DNA of 63,886 nucleotides, filler included, from Aduncisulcus paluster (lineage: Eukaryota), in NCBI GenBank assembly GCA_024181965.1. It is 6 parts of 6 records of this genome, joined end to end, with 100 filler letters (N's around TTAATTAATTAA, not from the genome) between each part and the next. Parts side by side here need not be neighbours in the genome. Positions count along the whole stretch, not along the records: positions 55,257 to 62,008 come from BQXS01009985.1; positions 62,109 to 63,886 come from BQXS01010175.1; 4 more parts are not named here. One strand, 5' to 3'. Position numbers and translations under genes: made by a program. Position 1 is the first letter of the stretch; every line of letters begins with the position of its first letter. Positions 60,522 through 63,886 of this stretch are shown piece after piece. The notes under the pieces are model-generated. The model ran no database searches, was not told where the DNA came from, and saw only the letters and a list, made by a program, of their open reading frames with translations.

Positions 60522-62008
60522 TTACCTCCCCTTTGCCATTTGGATTGAATCAGAAGACACAATGGTAAGGAATATATCTTCCAAAGAAGGAGTCGTAATA
60601 TATATTGAGAGAATATGAAATGAACTTTTCATTTTCTCAATAGCACTCTTTACACTGGAAATGGAAACACTCATTGGCATTTTGATGGATAGGAATGCCT
60701 CTCTTGATTTGGTTGCATTCACATCAACGTCAACAATCTTTCGATCAACATCTTCCTCACTAAACGATTCAGAACCAAGCTTTCTCCACACAGAGGTCGG
60801 CCTTGTTCCTTGGACTTGAATATGAACACTTTCCTGAAGATCTTGGAGCACCTTCAAGATAGCATTGTCTCTGAACTTCCTGTCATCCTCTGTGTTTGAT
60901 CTTCTTGAAAACATGATACTTACAATATGCCATCTTCCGTAGCGCTCCCGCAACTCATTTACAGTACCCCTAGCAATAATCTTACCTTGCTCAAGAATGA
61001 TAACATGGTCACAAAGAGCTTCCGCCTCCTCCATCGAATGAGTAGTCAGAACCAAAGAAGATACAGTCCTCGCTTTCTCAAGAAGACCCCAAATCAATCG
61101 TTGGGTCCGAGGATCAAGCCCAGCACTGGGTTCATCTGTCAAGACCAAAGATGGAGAGGAAGCGAGAGACACACATAGAGATAAACGACGCTTCATCCCA
61201 CCACTCAATTCCTTGGATTTCTTTGATCTATGTTTGTAAAGACCAGCCAATTGAAGGAGTTCGGCAATCTTTAACAGACTCATCTCACGACCATGCAGAG
61301 AAGACACGAGCTGAATGTGTTGGATACAGGTAAGGTCCGGCCACAAGAGATCCTTCTGGGAACATAACGATACAAGACCCTGGGAAATAGCACATCCATC
61401 GGCACACGTGACACCTCGGACAGATATTGTTCCTTGAAATGGAGTCTCACCACTAATGGCCTGCAAGAAAGTAGATTTTCCAGCACCATTTCTGCCAAGA
61501 AGAGCCACACATTGCCCAGGCTTGACATCCATGCTGATTCCTCTCACGGCATGGACATTTCCATTTTGATAAATGACGTGAGTATCTTGGGCATGGAGAG
61601 CTTGATGTGAGTTCATCTCAACCTCAAGAAGGTGCCTCTCTCGTTCTCTGACGATTCTTGCTTTTTTGCGATTCCTTTTTTCCCACCATGACAAGTTTTC
61701 AACGGGAACTGAAGAATTGTCCCAATAAGTATGTGAACCCAATCGGGAAGAAGAGAAAGCTGCACTCGGAGGAGATCCAATTGAAACCTTGACATCAACA
61801 ACACGAGGTTTGGAAGGAATTCCAGAACTGAACAAGGAGATGGAAGAAAGAGATGAACTCTCAGAATCAACAGAAGTAGTGGTAGGAAATTTGAAGGCAG
61901 GGGAGGAATATTGCACCGAAGAGGCAGATAAGATACCAGGTGGCAGAACGGGAACATTAGCATCTCTCTTTGAGTTTGTCTTTTTCTTAGATTTCTTCAT
62001 GGTCTGGT
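60522..62008 (-). CDS. ABC transporter subfamily A, nucleotide-binding domain and C-terminus (5'-partial)
   Basis: AVRGIS, Walker A GRNGAGKST, signature LSGGMKRRLS, DEPSAGLDP, TTHSMEEAEALCD. Confidence 0.92.
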
Positions 62009-62108
62009 NNNNNNNNNNNNNNNNNNNNNNNNNNNNNNNNNNNNNNNNNNNNTTAATTAATTAANNNNNNNNNNNNNNNNNNNNNNNNNNNNNNNNNNNN
62101 NNNNNNNN
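62009..62108. other. Artificial contig linker
   Basis: N44-TTAATTAATTAA-N44. Confidence 0.98.
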
Positions 62109-62429
62109 TGGCGACGAAGTGCGCAGCCATGTCGTCATGTCTCCACGAGCGTAATAAGGGAACACCAAGTAAGTACCACTCTTGGAAGGGGTGAGAACAT
62201 GCTCATCATGGAAAGCACACAGCAGAGGCACGATGAAGGGACAGTCGCCACAAGCACGTGCAGACAAAGCAGAACGAACCAATGTTCGGAAGGCAGACAT
62301 GGGCAGTGCAGATGTGGAGGATGCAATGGATGTGGAGGATGCAATGGATGTGGAGGATGCAATGGATGCGGAGGATGGTGGAGATGGAAGATCAATGAAC
62401 TTTATCATGTACTCTCTGTTCCTTTTCAT
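62109..62429 (-). CDS. Protein kinase N-lobe-like fragment, truncated by contig end
   Basis: YMIKFI (VAIK-like), CPFIVPLLCAF and YLVFPYYARGDM resemble kinase subdomains II, IV and V; includes a 3x 18-bp repeat encoding SIASST. Confidence 0.5.
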
Positions 62430-63240
62430 CAGATAACTTCTTTTCAAGCTCTTCAAATCTACGCTGAGTGGAAGAGATAAAATCACTCATTAAGTCTTTC
62501 ATTTCGGCGCGTTTGAGTTCTTTGAGTTCTTTTTCTCGTTTTAATTCACCGTCGAGACGCATCAATTCAATTCGTTGTTTTGCGGCTTGTTCTTGTTGTT
62601 CTCTGATAAGGCGTTCTTTTCGTTCTCTTTCAATCTGTTCCCGTTGTTCTCTTAGAAGGCGTTCTTGTTCTCTTTTTAAACTTTCTTTGCGTTCTCTTTC
62701 AATCTGTTCTTTCTTTTCTTTTTCTTTCTTTGCTTCTTGCTCTTTCTCTTGCTTCTTGTCAATCACGAATCGAATGCCACGCAAATGAATATCATTTTGT
62801 CTTCCATCCAATGACGATATAACTTGAATATCACAAGAAATAACATTATCAAGATCTATCGGGAACTCTTGCCAGAAATAATGCCTTGGAGGCATCTCTC
62901 CCATTTGATATTCTTTTGTGATCTTCTTGCCATCGGATGTTGTGAATGTGGCATTGAAATCTTTGATTCCATTCCGAAAACTATAATGACTTACAACAAA
63001 CTTACCGAGATAATGTGCTGTAATAAATGGGAGATGTAAATTGGGATAGAAACAGAAGGTTTTTTTACCTCTTAAGAATTGCAATAATCTAGAATGATTA
63101 TGACCACTGTGATAATCCCCATATGCTTTATATCCATCAATTTCAGATAGATCTGGATGACAAGTAGGGTAGGGGCCTTGGTATAGTTTGGTAGAATCAC
63201 CAAATACAATATCCAGAATACATTTGCCAATAATTCTCAT
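62392..63240 (-). CDS. One copy of the lineage-expanded beta-sandwich-like domain + coiled coil
   Basis: NLHLPF...IKDFNATFTTSDGKKITKEY...WQEFPIDLDNVISCDI...LRGIRF, then an E/R/K coiled coil. Likely start MRIIGK at 63240. Confidence 0.7.
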   Translation of the reverse strand: MRIIGKCILDIVFGDSTKLYQGPYPTCHPDLSEIDGYKAYGDYHSGHNHSRLLQFLRGKKTFCFYPNLHLPFITAHYLGKFVVSHYSFRNGIKDFNATFTTSDGKKITKEYQMGEMPPRHYFWQEFPIDLDNVISCDIQVISSLDGRQNDIHLRGIRFVIDKKQEKEQEAKKEKEKKEQIERERKESLKREQERLLREQREQIERERKERLIREQQEQAAKQRIELMRLDGELKREKELKELKRAEMKDLMSDFISSTQRRFEELEKKLSDEKEQRVHDKVH

Positions 63241-63886
63241 CACAAACAATAATAACACGCAAATATCGAAATTTAATTGAAATAAAAAAAGACAATAAAC
63301 ACCAGTAACTACCCTAATTGCAAGGAAAAACACGATTTGTTGAATCGCGAACCAAAATCGTTGAATGAGCGTGCTTCTCACTTAATGGGGTGTCTCTTAA
63401 CATTTGGAATACAATACAAAATGTTCAAGGAATCAAATAATTAATTATATTTTTCCTTTATTCTCTTTCTTTCTATCCACACAGAATGGAACTTCCATTG
63501 TTCTTCAAGAACACAGTCCACAGGAAAACTTACCAACACCAGATAAGAAATCGCACAAAATCTCGACAGTTGGTATGTATTTTGAATCGAGGACTGAGGA
63601 CAATGCAAATTTAAACAATAAAACGGACACAATACGAAATACAGACTTTGGACCGTCCAACTCTATACTTTGACAGAGCGCTGCAGTTTGTAGATAGTTC
63701 AGGTTGAAGACAAAATTTCATACTGGCAATAAAATGAGTGCAGCAATGAAGTCCCACAAATATCGACATATTACAATGCTCAAAAAGGAACATGGCAAGG
63801 AAGCACGATTTCACACAAACTATTTCAGAGATGGAACAATTCGGTGCACGGCCTCAAGCTCGACAGAAAAGTGGAATTGTTCGGAC

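Noticed and set aside
63404-63886. Short ORFs with splice-like motifs (CACACAG, GTATGT)
   Set aside because: No consistent spliced frame or recognisable domain could be built.
1-63886. CRISPR arrays, rRNA genes, prokaryotic operons or an alternative genetic code
   Set aside because: No repeat-spacer array or rRNA-like sequence seen; long ORFs end at TAA, TAG and TGA normally and the content is eukaryotic.

Overview
AT-rich, gene-dense eukaryotic DNA with long, mostly intronless ORFs, standard stop codons, CCA-less tRNA genes and one clear GT-AG intron. It is an artificial concatenation of six contigs joined by 100-nt N/TTAATTAATTAA/N linkers (1-15997, 16098-24834, 24935-43760, 43861-55156, 55257-62008, 62109-63886), so gene neighbourhood is only meaningful within a contig. 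Five 20-N gaps are each flanked by overlapping duplicated sequence, which splits or inflates four large genes. Gene style and an expanded beta-sandwich-domain/kinase family suggest a free-living fornicate protist such as Aduncisulcus (my recognition, not verified). Recognisable genes: calpain-like protease, HAD IIA hydrolase, SAP-domain protein, class I SAM methyltransferase, a repeat-domain Ser/Thr kinase broken by two 1-nt frameshifts, an intron-containing membrane protein, an ABCA transporter 3' part, and tRNA-Asp, -Arg and -Lys. Most notable: (1) an OTU-like + ComEC-type metallo-beta-lactamase + helical-repeat fusion; (2) a ~4,060-aa internally duplicated AAA+-like protein head-to-head with an H-Y-E PARP; (3) a structured ncRNA candidate carrying the U5 loop-1 motif just downstream of tRNA-Lys; (4) an atypical tRNA-like gene with a 36-nt insertion; (5) the 3' end of a chromodomain Ty3/gypsy element with PPT and LTR; (6) a probable 5'-truncated RLE-type non-LTR retrotransposon at a (TG)10 tract.
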